A DNA stretch of 64,000 bases from Utricularia gibba (GCA_002189035.1 NEEC01000012.1:434001-498000); one strand, 5' to 3'. Shown: positions 21,025-34,643, counted from the first letter of the stretch. The notes: a model not told the origin generated them from the letters alone. A program made the numbers and translations.

Positions 21025-21877
21025 AAGAAGCCCCAGAAATTGCTCCGGTTCTCCTTCCTCCGTGTGATGAGTAGTCGTGGCTTCATTGCCGGATCTCCCA
21101 CTCGAGCTCAGTGTTGTTGCTGCAAATGAAGGTGGATGGGCCTGCCTGCGTAGCTTTTCTCAGCACTCCATTAAAATCTTGGTAACTTGCATGCATGTGT
21201 TTGTTGGTCTTAGCACCGGAGACTGATTTCTCTCACGAAAATGTGAACCAGAGATTCGTTTCTTTCGAGGGTAGCGTTATCGTCGTCCTGAATCTTTTGG
21301 CTAAAAGTGCTCTTCGTGTCCGTACGACAGTCACGGTATTATATAAGTTGCCTCACACTGTAAAAAGGATGTGATGGGAAGGGACTTGGGGACAGGGACG
21401 ATGATTAGCACACACCTGGAGATGAAAATGGGTATAAATTATGCTGACTTAATGGGCCGATGGTGGGTTCTCCTTTGGGCCGATTTGGGCCATGTCTGGG
21501 GAGGCGGCGTCGTATTAGAGTTCGCCTTTGCCTTCTTTCATTCCCTGGTCTCAACGGCAACACGTCTGTTGTTCTGAGTTTGAACGTACGATAGATAGTA
21601 CTCATCCTTCGCCCAACGAAGAGGTTTTTTTCTCTGAAGTTTCGATTTGAGGTAATGTCATTGCTTCTCTATGCAAAACCGTTGTCATAAGGAATGGTGT
21701 GTTTGTGTAAAGAATCTTCTCTGGTTAAGCTTATTTCTATGGGTAGAGGAGGATTGCCTCGCTCCGGTAATGAAGAAAATTGCTTGTCTGTGTTTCGGAA
21801 TGTTGGGTTTCATTGGCGATTGGCTAACGAGTAATCTGTGTGGCGATTGAGTTTTTGATTGCTTGATCTTTGACCAG

Positions 21878-22450
21878 ATGGGAACTGTGGATACGGATCC
21901 TGAGATATTTTTTGAAGAGAAGAAGCGCGTTCGGAACCCTTTTGTGCCCCTCGGTAAAAGGACTTCTTTTCCTTTTTTCTTAGCAGATTCTGATTTCCTG
22001 TTGTAACGTGTGCCACAGAATAGCGCTCTAATTGTTGGCATGCCGGTTGCTTGTCCTTTATTTCCTCTAACGCTCCACAACTGATTCAGTGCAAATCGGG
22101 CTTGATTCTGTGCTGGTGCTTACCGTACACCGTGTGATTGTTGATTGTATGAACTTGTTGTTGCATGCTGTCCCACCTTTCTTTTTCACAAGGGCAAGCA
22201 AAGAACCTAATCTGCTTTCTTCAATCGATTTTGCTCTCTAGGTGCGTTTGTAACAGCAGGGGTGCTTACAGCCGGGCTGATTAGTTTCAAACAGGGGAAT
22301 TCTGCTTTGGGACAGAAACTAATGAGAGCCCGTGTTGTTGTACAAGGGGCCACGGTTGCCCTTATGGTCGGGACTGCTTATTACTATGGAGAAACATTTA
22401 AATCCTGGGAAAAGCTAAGAGGGCCCTCACCTGGTTCTCCTGATAAGTAA
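21878..22450 (+). CDS. Hypoxia-induced HIG1-domain (Rcf1-like) mitochondrial membrane protein, exons 21878-21953 and 22242-22450, 94 aa
   Basis: EEKKRVRNPFVPLGAFVTAGVLTAGLISFKQGNSALGQKLMRARVVVQGATVALM is the HIG1 signature; phases join correctly. Confidence 0.9.
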
Positions 22451-23806
22451 CATCTGGTGCACCCCTTCTCCTTCAATAACATCACTCTTCCCATGCCTTC
22501 CCTCGTTTCAGATGACTAGTGCGGGTTCGGAAGAGCACCCCATCTCAATCCTTCCCGAGCTGAGGTGTACCCTGCAAAATAAACGGCCCAATGATAAGCC
22601 AGTTGGGGTACTCCAGTTTTCTGCATCTTGTGCTCACCTTCTGTGTTCCATTTACAATCCTGCAGAACGGTACTTTTACCGCTTGCATGATAGCAATTTT
22701 TAGAAGGCGGATGATCAAATCTTGATGACTTGGCTCCGTCAAGGGTCGTTTCATTTTTTTCATCAATGTTATACGCAGAATGAGCAAGCGGTACAAGGCG
22801 CCATGCGGGTTAAGAAGTCTTGATGTCTGGAACAAGAATCAGTTAACGGGTTGATGAAGTTAGAATACCAGAATCACAGATACATCCCCCAAACCCATCA
22901 GCAGCCTCAGCAAGAGCAGATCTTCGGGGGATTAGCATTACATCGAAAGCAAGAGCAACCCATCTGCTGCAATCAATGGATACTGGGGTTCCTCGTCTCC
23001 CACAAGTCAATCAGTATCCACACTAACGAAGTAGCTTGGCAGCTTTAGTTAGTAAATAAGCATGGTTCCTCCTCAACTTTGAAGCCTACGGTTATCTCCA
23101 GCAGCTCTCGGAGCCTTTCCTCTACCAGGGACATGGAGGCCACCATCTTCAGCTGCTGCAACAGCCTCATTTTGAGCAGGGATAACTTCTAGTTACCCTG
23201 ATTTTACATGGCTTCTAGTTCTGGAAGTCTCATTAAATCAGTGTGCCGCAAAAGCCTTAACTACAGCGCCATCATTTATGTCGGCTGGATAGCAGGGAGC
23301 AGCAGCCCCTGAACTGAAAGAATGAAGCTTCCCCTTACAACAGGGATCTCTGTTTTTCCACTGACTGCCGGGATCAATTGGACCCAACCCATAGCCAATT
23401 CCAGTATAACTTCCGGCCAAATACCCACAGTTAATAAGTACTGGCTGTAGCCAGCAACGCTGGTAGGAAAAAGTTCAAATCTTGAACTGTAACTTGGGCA
23501 TCAACTTGCTGATAAGCATAGAAGTTTGGATTCCTAAATCACATACCTCTGTATTACAATTGCCCATCTTTCCCTCCGAACTGGCTGTTTCACGTAGCAC
23601 ATGGATGCCAGTCTGAATAACTTCAAGTGAATCCTCATGGATTATTTGGTACGCGAATTTAGATGGTTTTAAGGAAGAGTTTGTTATTTTTATTCATCAT
23701 TTTCAATTAAATTAGACATAAATCCATGCATAAATTGAAAGGAGGGATCTATTCTCAAGACACACAAAAGCGGTAAGCAATTGTTTTTCAAAGATACTGG
23801 TTTTAC

Positions 23807-24361
23807 CATCAAATTCCTCTTCCTGTTGCAGTGGGAAATCCAACCAAGTTTCTGGATGATGTGCAATGTTTCTTGCAAAGCCCAAAACTTCCTCAGTGAT
23901 CCCGACTGCGTCATTTATCACATTGTTATAGGTATCCTCTGTTTCCGTAATATTTTCCAATTCCAGGTGTTACTCAGGTTCGTCGCCTTGATGATCCAAT
24001 GCCATCAGATAAACCCGACGGAAGTGTCGGAGGAGGAGCAAGAAACGACGCTACACCCCATAATTGACGCTTGACAGTGTCCCTAAGTTCCGAAAAATCC
24101 TCTTTCATTCCACGCGTTTGACTAGAGCATCACCACATTCCCGATCTCCATTCTCGAGGCGATCAGAGACCCCGTCCCCTCCGCTGCACGAAAACCCATC
24201 ATTTTCAACTGACACAACCCTGTGCAACGGCTGCGTGTAGGATAGAACGCTGAATCGCTCCGGCGAATGGCAAGGGGTCCCCTCCGCTCCCGCAACATCT
24301 TCTCCGTCGTCGAGGCGGAGGGTGTTGGCGAAGGAACGGGCGAACCCGCGAACCACGACAT
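23807..24361 (-). pseudogene. BSD-domain protein pseudogene (exon 1 with several frameshifts and stops; core BSD exons not found)
   Basis: Three frames needed: MSWF/ARSFANTLRLDDGE; RGMKEDFSELRDTVKRQLWGVASFLAPPP; AVGITEEVLGFARNIAHHPETWLDFPL, then donor GATG|GTAAAA at 23807/23806. Confidence 0.8.
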
Positions 24362-24696
24362 CACGCCACGACGTCGTTTGTGCTTGTCGAGCGAGCTGCT
24401 TCAATGCCCCTCCCAGGCCAGGTTGTTTAAAATTAAAGTCTCTTATTTATTTATTAAATTTAACCTATCGAAATTGACCACAAAGAAATTTCGCATAATC
24501 GACATATATATCCAGCATTATTTTTAACATGGAAAATTAATATCATAGAGTTATCATATGAAGTGAACCCGGTCCACAATTGGATCTTGATTCATCCCTG
24601 TAACCCTATAAAATTTCTGAAAGCGTTGCTCTCGTAAAATGTAGTATACCAGAAGGATGCGGTAGTTCTTCTCATTCACGGAGTTGAACTGAATAC

Positions 24697-27275
24697 TCAA
24701 GTGAAGATCTTGATGAGGTGCTGCTGATCACCCGCCAACAGATGCTGATGATCGCCCAGATCAATCACCATTTCTCCCTTTTCATCTGCCCTAGCAGCAC
24801 GCTCGCATGGGTTCACCTCAAACTTCACATTCATCTTCATCCCTGCTTTCAAGCTCACGCTTTGGAACCCAAGCAACTGCTTCACGGGAGCTGCTTCCTT
24901 GCCGCTCATTTCTCGTTTCAGAAACAGCAGCACCGGGTGCATCCCCGGCATATTGCCCTGGTTTTCGACTTCCACCACGACTGAAATTTTGGACTTTGCA
25001 CATTCAATGGCTGAGGCTGGAACAACATCGACCGTTGATGGGTTTGAACTTGAGTTTCTCAAGTGGAGCTTGAATGGGGCGATGGAGGTGAACTTGTAAG
25101 AGTACTTTGTGTAGCTGAGACCGTGCCCGAATTCGAAGACGCTGGGGCCTTTGTAGAATCTGTAAGTTCGGCCGGGATAGTTTCCGGAAGGATCAGCTCT
25201 CATTCTCATGTCAGTCATTGGAACTTTTGTGAAGTCTTGAGGATACCAAGTCATGGACAGCCTTCCACCTGAGATCAGCATCACAAGAAAGAGCATTTTC
25301 CCCATTTTCATCTCATGGAAGAATCTATGTAATAGTACCTGGATTGTGTTCACCAAAAATGATTTCAGCAAGGGCTTGTCCTCCACCTTCGCCTGGATAC
25401 CCTGCCCAGAGAATGCCACCAATCTTCGGATTCTCCTTGGCGAAGGAAATATCAACCGGCCCTCCAGAAAAGACGACCAAAACTATGGGATGTTTAGCAG
25501 CTTCCGCAACGCTGGTTATAAGACTCTGTTGCAGGCCGGGGAGCAACAAGTCGCTCCGATCGTTGTCTTCCGCTTCGCAAACTTGACTGATTCCCATCAC
25601 AAGAACCACATAATCAGCCGTTTTCGCGGTTTCAACAGCTTCAGTTACATTGGCTACTGAACACAGAACATCAGGGCACCCTTCATGGAAATGGGTTTTA
25701 GCGAATTTTTTAAGCCCTTGAAGGGGAGTGATGGGGAAACAGGGGGGCCCTGCGTAGTTCCCAACGAGAACTTTTGTGTCATTGGCATTGGGGCCGATGA
25801 CGGCGAGAGAACGGGTGTTGGTTTTGGAAAGTGGGAGAAGACTGGCATTGTTTTTGAGGAGGACTATGCCCTGACGGGCGGCCTGAAGAGACAGAAGGCG
25901 ATGTTTTTTGCTGCAAATATCGCGAACCCCCAAATTGCCGTCGGTTGATCGTCTTGGATCTCCATTGAAAAGGCCTAATCTCATCCGGATAGAGAAGAGG
26001 TTGTGAAGGGCTCTATTTATGTCAGCCTCAGAGATTTTGCTTTGGTTCAGAGCTTCCCTTGTGTGGATTTTCAGATATATTCCGCAGCCAATATCCATGC
26101 CTGGAGATCATCGCAGTCAAAGGGATGCCATGACAAATTCTGGAAGAAAGTTTTTGCATTACCAGCTTTAAGCACCGCAGCGGCAGCCTCTGCGTGTGAT
26201 TTTGTGTAGTTCTGTTTCTCGAAAATGAGAGAAACAGCATCACAATCTGATACTACGTACCCTTGAAATCCCCATTTCCCTCGAGCCGTTGAGGTCAAAA
26301 GATCATAATTTGCGCAACTTGGGATCCCGTTCACCATGTTGTAGGAGCACATTATCCCGCTAGCTCGCCCTTCTTGCACGCACCCTTGAAACGGCGGTTG
26401 AAACGTGTCTGCCAAATCCTGCTTCGTCACCTGCGTATCACAACTCAATCAGAAAACTTTGTTACCTTGACCCCTCCGGATTCAATCCATCACCTTGGCG
26501 TCGAATGTGAAACGGCTGTTGTTATTCCAGTTCTCGAGATCGTAAGCGGTGAAATGCTTGCAACAAGCAGAGACAAGAAGGTGACCGTCTTTGAGACCAC
26601 CACCATTAAAGGAATCGCCTTGAATTCCGCGAACAAAAGAAACGGCATAAACTCTGGTCACCAGTGGATCTTCTCCGGGCGTTTCTTGCCCTCTTCCCCA
26701 CCGCGGATCCCTAAAAATGTTGATATTCGGCGCCCAAAAGGTCGTCCCATTGGATTGACCTTCATTGTACATTGCCCTCGCCTCAAGTCCGATGACCTTC
26801 CATTTCAAACAATCATAACGGGGAACACCTTGAGCGCCATTAGACGCAGATTTATTTGGAATCAACTAACCTGGCCGATTTTGTACCAAAGATCTACGTC
26901 AAAACTGGAAGCAGTCAGAATAACTTGAGGAAAATTGGTGGCTGCTTTGATTATCCCCTTAAAATTAATCCCATTCTCCACGCCGAAAGCTTTCGCTACA
27001 CCGTGCAATGCCTCCGACCACCAATTGTAATAAGGAACCCCGAGACGAGGTACAGCAAACGCTCTACTACTGAGCTGCGTAATCTTCTCGTCCAGCGTGA
27101 GCCGCGACAGCAAATCACGAACACGCTCATCGATCGAAAGGTTCTTGTTACAAAAAGCGAAGGAGCGCGTCGTTTCGTTGGAGGCGTCGCAGGAGAAAGG
27201 CGGCGTAGGGTGGCCGGAGACGATGGATGCCGCGAGGAGGATCGCCGTTACGTAAAAGAGTTCGAACGGCTTCAT
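24697..27275 (-). CDS. BXL: Beta-D-xylosidase / alpha-L-arabinofuranosidase, GH3, exons 27275-26871, 26796-26494, 26430-26163, 26100-25339, 25268-24697
   Basis: Signal peptide; [10 protein letters not shown]; [24 protein letters not shown]; [10 protein letters not shown]; VSDCDAV; GRTYRFYKG; all splice phases consistent with 62-74 nt introns. Confidence 0.95.
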
Positions 27276-28261
27276 TTCAAAACGCCGTTACTGACAACTA
27301 TCGTTCGTTGATGTAGCACTGGCCATTTATAGTACAAAAATGTCCGTTCAGAGCAGTAAATGGATAATTTTGTAATTTTATAAAAAAAAAAAGAAACGGT
27401 TTGTATTATTTGTAATTTGAAGGAATGCTTGGATGACATTGCTTAAAAAAGTACAATTAATTCTATTCTGATAGAATTGTTTTTGTATTCCAAATGTATA
27501 TCAGATTCCTTTTTATAAGAATTAATTTTTAAAAATTAATTCAATTTTATGATAAGTATGATATGTTAGAGTCTCTATAAAAATTAATTTTTAATAATTT
27601 TTTTTAAAATTGAAATTATTACTATATCTATTTAACATAAATAATTATATTAATATTGTTATATATAATTTAATTACTTAATTTTTAAATTATAATTTTA
27701 ATATAAATATATTTAAATTAAATTAATATCATCAATTATGATTTAAAAATCATGTATTTTATAGTACAAATGATATAAAATAAATTTATAAAAAATAATT
27801 GGTAATAAATATGGATAAATATATCATTTACATATTAAAATCAATTCTTATTTTTTACACTTGAAGCATGAATTTATTTAGTAACAATTATTCCAAAAAA
27901 ATAAGTATAGTGTTGGAATTGGATTTATTTATGGGGACTGTGCTTTTATTGAATGCGTGGACATTGATTGTTTGCTGATTTATTGCAACGTCCTCCCTTT
28001 TTTTATTATTTAAATGTTTATTTTATTGGTAGAATCTAAATTTGGAGGGGAAACTGTATTTATAGTGATTTACACCGTCATCACGACCAACAATCGCACC
28101 TCTAGTGGGATCCAACGCGGTCAAAGGAGATCAAGCACGAGATCCGTACCATGTGAAATCTCCTTTCTACCCCTACACGTCTCCGGTTAACCCGCGATGG
28201 GAAATTGGAGTGGGTGTTACCGGCTAATCCGGTACCCGGTGAGTACGGCCCTGATTACTCC

Positions 28262-28269
28262 TATAAATA
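28262..28269 (+). promoter_or_regulatory. TATA box, probably of the helicase gene
   Basis: TATAAATA in GC-rich context followed by a pyrimidine-rich leader, CT repeat and 5'UTR donor GAG|GTAAAA near 28495. Confidence 0.55.
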
Positions 28270-29138
28270 CCCCCTCCACCTTCGCCCCTTGCGCATCCCT
28301 GAAAGCTGATGCTCCCTCGCCCGCTCGGCGAAGCCCTGAAAGATCGAATCGTAGAACCAGACGCAATTAATATTACAAAAGAATTGTCCGGGGAGTTATT
28401 TTCGAGATTGTTGTGTAATTATTCCATGCGGTAAAAAATTTGACTGTTTCTCTTTCTCTCTCTCTCTCATTGGGTATGGCGACCTGTTGTTGAGGTAAAA
28501 ATTTCCACTACTCACCTTCTTTCTTCCTTCGCTTGTGCTCCGCTCTCTATTGTTTTATGGGGAAAGAAGATGGATTTTGATATGGGTGGAGGGTTATCGA
28601 TTCGATTGGTTTAAAGGTGGGTTCTTCCTTGACTTGAGATTTCTTCGAGGGGCACGGAAAAGGCGGATAGTTCGGTGGAGGGATCCCGTGAGTAATGCGT
28701 TTAAATAATTGGGTTTTGTTAGTTGGGGCTGCTCGTGATTGGATGTTTTTAATTTTGTGGGTGCGGTTCTTAGTTTACTCTCGCTTGGTGTTTCTCTTGA
28801 TTCTTTCTGTTTGTTTGTGTGATTGATTTGAATCTTCCGCTAATGAAATTGATTGTCCGATCCGGGGTAGGCCAGATATCTCGTGTTCTTAAATTAAGTA
28901 TGAGAATTTTTGGTAAAGATTTACACTTAGTTTTTTTCACGTTGGGTTTGTTCTTACTTCCTTTCTCCTTTTCTACTTCCTTGCAGAAGTTACATTTTTA
29001 TGTTTGTTCGTCGTGGAGCCTGGTTATCTGAGGTGATTGAGGAGACTTTTGGCGTGTTATGTTACTTTCTACAAGAGATTATCCTATTATTTTTAGTTGC
29101 ATACGGCAGTTTTGGGTTTTTATGCGAAATTTTGCGAA

Positions 29139-30600
29139 ATGGGCTCAAAATCAAGGGTGCTGTTTGATCTTAATGAACTACCCACGGAGATTCTAGATGA
29201 TGATAGTGCTGATGCTGTTTCCCTTCAACCCCAGAAAGCCATTCCTTCGTCGAGTGCAGCAACTAGCGATTTATTCACTACATCAGCTAGTTCTCAAAGG
29301 ATAGTAAATAACAATGCTTTCACCCATGCTTCTTCTGTATCTGGTTTCCAGCCTTTTGTCCGGCCTAATATTGTGAAGGCGTCTGTCTCTTCAAATTCGA
29401 GAGGTTCTGAGAATTTGCCTTCTAGCGTGGCCTCATCATCCAAGGAGATTAACGTTGAGGATGTAAAATCTGCTCCTACAAGTGAGGCAGGTTTTGCGGA
29501 TGATCCTTCTGTTGAGAAGGAGGAAGGTGAATGGTCTGATACAGAAGGATCTGTTGATACTTTCAAAAAAAGTGTGACTGGGGAGGATGCTAAGAAAATG
29601 ATGGAGGATAAGGTTTCACTTGAAAATTTGGAAAGCACATCTCCCGATAATAGTAAGAGTGGAAATGTTAGTCAAGTGTTGGGGATGACGCAGGAAACAG
29701 ATATCCAAAAACGAGATGCTGCTACAAATTTAAACGAATATTCTGCTCTGACACAAAGGCAAAGAGGAGTTAAAGGCTATGAAGCAAACCATGCAATAAG
29801 GTCTGCTAATAATTTTGGTAAACGCCCTAGGCTTGACCCACAAAAGGAAGTGATGCTTGGGAAGAAGCGTGGGCGGCAGACTGTGCTTCTTAATTGGGAA
29901 GATGTGAAATCATCGGGGGCAATGAAGTGTTCAACTCCTAAGAGGCAGATTCCTGCTCCAACCATTAAGCGATCCATGAAGGAAACTCGTTCTACATTGC
30001 CAAATGCTGAGCATAGTGATAGGCAATCTCCTTTAATTTTGAAAGATTCAAAGCAAGGGGAAGTATTGTGCAATGAAACCAATGGTTTCCTAGAACCAAA
30101 TGATTGCAAATCTGAGAGCAGTGATGATCATAGCTCTGGGTCACTTGGGAACCTGAGAAAGCCGACTGGCTCAACAGATCCTATGTCAGAGGGACAGACA
30201 CCAGCTGTTCCTCGAAATAATTTACCGAAGCATCCACTCGACTCAAAGCAACATAAAAACTTGCAATTTTCTGGTAAAAAGCCATCTGCGAGCAATTCGA
30301 GTTCAAGTGAACCCAGATTACCTGCAAAGAAGTTTCTCTCCAAAAAGATTAATGCCACAGGAAACCAGTATCAAGATACATCAGTGGAGCGCTTGCTTCG
30401 TGAGGTGACCAGTGAGAAGTTTTGGCAGCATCCAGGTATTTAGATTTTCTCTTTTGAATTTTCCATGGCTTGCTGTTCCCATTAGCTGCATCATGTTCCC
30501 ACCCTACATTTGCATCTTCATTCTTGGCAGTAAAATAGAAAAATCCACTCGTTTCTATACTTACAGTTATTCCTCAAAATCAGATTTGACTACGATGATT

Positions 30601-30631
<31 letters not shown>

Positions 30632-33600
30632 CGAAATTTCAACACGCTTTATGTAATTTTCCGTGTTTTTTTCTTTGCAAATTAGAGGAAGAAGAGCTCC
30701 AACCAGTGCCTGGTCGGTTTGATTCAGCTGAAGAGTATATCAGTGTATTTGAGCCTCTTTTGTTTGAAGAATGTCGGGCTCAATTGTACAATGCATGGGA
30801 AGAGGCATTAGAAGTAGCATCAAATTACGTCAGGGTGGGGATAAAGAATGTGGAAAGACGTGAAAGAGGTGTTATTTTATTTCTTTAAACCTCTGTTGTC
30901 ATTCATTGTGTACATGAATAATATAAATTCCTGATGGGAAATACCTCATGTTCACCACTTTTCCGTATGCTTCAATGACTTTTTTTTGCCTTTCCAGGAT
31001 GGTATGATGTTATCCTAGTTCCATCTCATGAATATAAATGGTCATTCAAGGAGGGAGATGTTGCAGTTCTTTCTTCACCTAGGCCTGCAGCAGGTATAAA
31101 CTTTTTTTTTCATTTTTTTTATTGTAAAGTGCAGCTGAAGGTATGAGTTGCTTTTGTTACAGCCAATGGTAAGAGAAACATTTCATCTACTCCAGACGTT
31201 GAGGGAAGAGAAGGAGTTAGTGGACGTGTTGCTGGCACTGTGAGACGTCATGTTCCTGTTGATACAAGGGACCATCTTGGGGCGATATTGCACTTTTATG
31301 TTGGTGATCTATATGAATCTAATAGGTATTTCTCTTTCATAATTTTCTTTTTTTTTGTGCTCTCCTAAGTTCTTTCACAAGTACATGATGGTCGCTTGCT
31401 ATAAGTTTTTTTGTACACACACTGAAGTTTAATTTTTTGCACGCACACTCACTTCTATCATTTTCTCTGTTTGTAACCAGCAAAACCGATGATGACAATA
31501 TTTTGCGGAAGCTTCAGCCTGGTGGTGTTTGGTACTTGACAGTACTTGGTACTCTCGCAACCACACAGCGAGAATATGTTGCTCTTCACGCTTTCCGCCG
31601 CCTCAATTTGCAGGTTCATTTTGAAGTTTGGTTTTGATCTTGTGACACTTATTTTTCAATATTCTGTCCTTGATGAGAAACTTTTTGCCTCTACAGATGC
31701 AAAATGCAATTCTGCAACCAAGTCCTGACCATTTTCCCAAGTATGGAGAGCAGCCACCTGCAATGCCTGACTGCATTACTCCGAATTTTGTAGAGTATCT
31801 GCATAAGACTTTCAATGGGCCTCAGTTAGCTGCAATTCAGTGGGCTGCAATGCATACAGCTGCTGGTACATCTAATGCAGCCATAAAGAAGCAGGAACCA
31901 TGGCCATTCACTTTGGTTCAAGGACCCCCTGGGACAGGTAAAACCCACACAGTATGGGGGATGCTTAACGTCATCCATCTTGTCCAGTACCAGCACTATT
32001 ATACTGCCTTGCTGAAAAAGTTGTCTCCAGAAAGCTATAAGCAGGCTAGTGAGAGCAACATGGATAATGTGGCTGTTGGATCAATTGATGAAGTTCTCCA
32101 GAGGATGGATCAGAATCTGTTTAGGACATTACCAAAGCTTTGCCCAAAGCCAAGAATGCTTGTATGTGCCCCATCTAATGCTGCAACGGACGAACTCCTT
32201 GCACGTGTCCTTGATCGTGGTTTTATTGATGGTGAGATGAAAGTTTACCGTCCTGATGTTGCCAGAGTTGGCGTTGATTCTCAAACGCGGGCTGCCCAGG
32301 CAGTTTCTGTCGAACGCAGAACAGAACAGCTTCTTATGAAGAGCCGCGAAGAAGTACATGGATGGATGCACAATTTGAGGCTTCGAGAATCTCAACTGTC
32401 CCAACAAATTAGTTGCCTTCAAAGGGAACTCTATGTTGCCGCAGCTGCAGGCCGTGCACAAGGATCTGTTGGTGTTGATCCAGATGTTCTTGTGGCAAGA
32501 GACCAAAACCGTGACTCCTTACTTCGAAACCTAGCTGCAGTCGTTGAAAACAGGGATAAGATACTTGTCGAGATGTCCCGGTTGGTCATTTTGGAAGGTA
32601 GATTTCGGACAGGCAGCAACTTCAATTTGGAAGAAGCTCGTGCCAATCTTGAGGCAAGTTTCGCCAATGAAGCTGAAATTGTTTTCACCACAGTATCAAG
32701 CAGCGGTCGAAAGTTATTTTCTCGGCTAAGCCATGGATTTGACATGGTTGTGATAGATGAAGCAGCCCAAGCCAGTGAAGTGGCAATACTACCACCCCTT
32801 TGCCTTGGTGCGGCTCGCTGTGTCCTTGTCGGAGATCCTCAGCAGCTTCCTGCAACGGTCATCAGCAAGGCAGCAGGAACTTTTCTTTATAGCAGAAGCC
32901 TGTTTCAGAGATTCCAGGAAGCAGGCTGCCCGGCAATGTTGCTATCTGTCCAGTATCGGATGCATCCTCAGATCAGAGATTTTCCTTCGAGGCATTTCTA
33001 CCAGGGCCGCCTTACTGACAGTGAAAGTGTTGCCAGATTGCCGGATGAACCGTACTACAAGGATCCTTTACTCCGGCCTTACATATTTTTCGACATCAGT
33101 CATGGTCGAGAATCTCACCGGGGAGGTTCAGTATCATACCAAAACACCCAAGAAGCCCAGTTCTGTGTTCGTATGTATGAGCATCTTCAGAAATCTCTTA
33201 AATCGATGGGCATTGGGAAAGTTTCCATTGGCCTGATCACGCCATACAAGCTACAGCTGAAATGCCTTCAAAAGGAGTTCAAGGACATTCTGAGCTCGGA
33301 AGAAGGTAAAGATATCTATATAAATACGGTGGATGCTTTCCAAGGCCAAGAGCGAGATGTCATTATAATGTCGTGTGTCCGTGCATCGGTAAGCGGAGTT
33401 GGCTCTTCTCAGAAAAAGAAAAGCAGCGGAGTTGGCTTTGTTGCAGACATCCGTCGAATGAATGTTGCTCTTACTCGTGCAAGAAGAGCACTTTGGGTTA
33501 GAATTCTTTCTCTTGGAGCTGCTGGTTCATGCCCCTGTTCTTTTGTTTTGTATTAAGCTCTGTGGTTACTTATTGACAGGTCATGGGAAATGCGAGTGCC

Positions 33601-33933
33601 TTGGAGCAATCAGAGGACTGGGCTGCTCTTATCAATGATGCCAAGTCTCGAAATTGTTACTTGGACATGGACTCTTTGCCTAAAGACTTCATTCCCGAGT
33701 CTCCTCTGCACGGCTCGTTTCCTTCCAAGAGCTCAAGCAGTCGAAGCTTGAGATCTGGTCCCAGATATCGTTCACTCGATTCACATGTTGACTCCACGTC
33801 CGGTACACCATCTGAGGACGATGAAAAGTCTAATGTCTCTGCATTTTCCAGAAATGGAAACCATCGAAACTTGAGGCCAGGCCCTGAAAATTCATTGGAA
33901 GGTGGTATTGCTCACTCCGGCGACAGACTTTGA
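29139..33933 (+). CDS. Sen1/Upf1-like superfamily 1 helicase (DNA2/NAM7 family), multi-exon
   Basis: MGSKSRVLFDLNE; motif I QGPPGTGKT; LVCAPSNAATDEL; motif II VIDEAAQ; VGDPQQLP; QYRMHP; TVDAFQGQERD; RMNVALTRARR; last exon from about 33581 to TGA 33933. Confidence 0.93.
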
Positions 33934-34643
33934 GATGGCGGGTGGCATCTTACTCTCTGAAGAAAAAAAAAAAAATTGCCGCTGGTAACACCACACTACC
34001 AAGGGGTGGCGAAGCTACCGCTTTGTGGTGTTGAAGAGTGTGGATGCAAGCACTGTGAAGTGTACAGGGGAATAGGCTCTTCCCCCTGCCTTCCAGAGCC
34101 AGGGCAGAGCAGCAGAGAAAAGAATGATCTTGATGGGCCTGGTTAATGGCTGAGCACGGAGGGAATGCCTCTTGCACGCTATGATTCATGGGCATCAAAC
34201 CGATGAAGGAAGATAGATTTCAGAGCATCCCCATGGTGTGGAAAGGCTGGCTGCCGAACTCTGCTGGCTTACGTGGGAGAGGCCCTCGTTCTCTCAGCTT
34301 CTTCCTGTTGTAGATTCTCCTCCATCATCTGACTGACTCCCCTGCAAAGTTCAGATCTCATGAATGCGAATCGCAAAGATCTAAGATTTTTTTTAACCAG
34401 TGTCTCCTAAGCAATGAACTATGACAATTAGACAGTCAATTATGGAGGGGGGGAGCTGTTGACGGGGTTTATGGAGGCAGGCTGCAATCAGAACAAACTC
34501 CCCTAATACCTCTCGGTTTTCAGTCAAATCTCTGCTCAAGAATTCAAATCCTTCCAAACAAACCATGCACAAAACGGGCGTCAAATCATAGTATATATAT
34601 CGCCTACGATGATGAACAACGCAAAACCCAGAATCCCAAAGCG

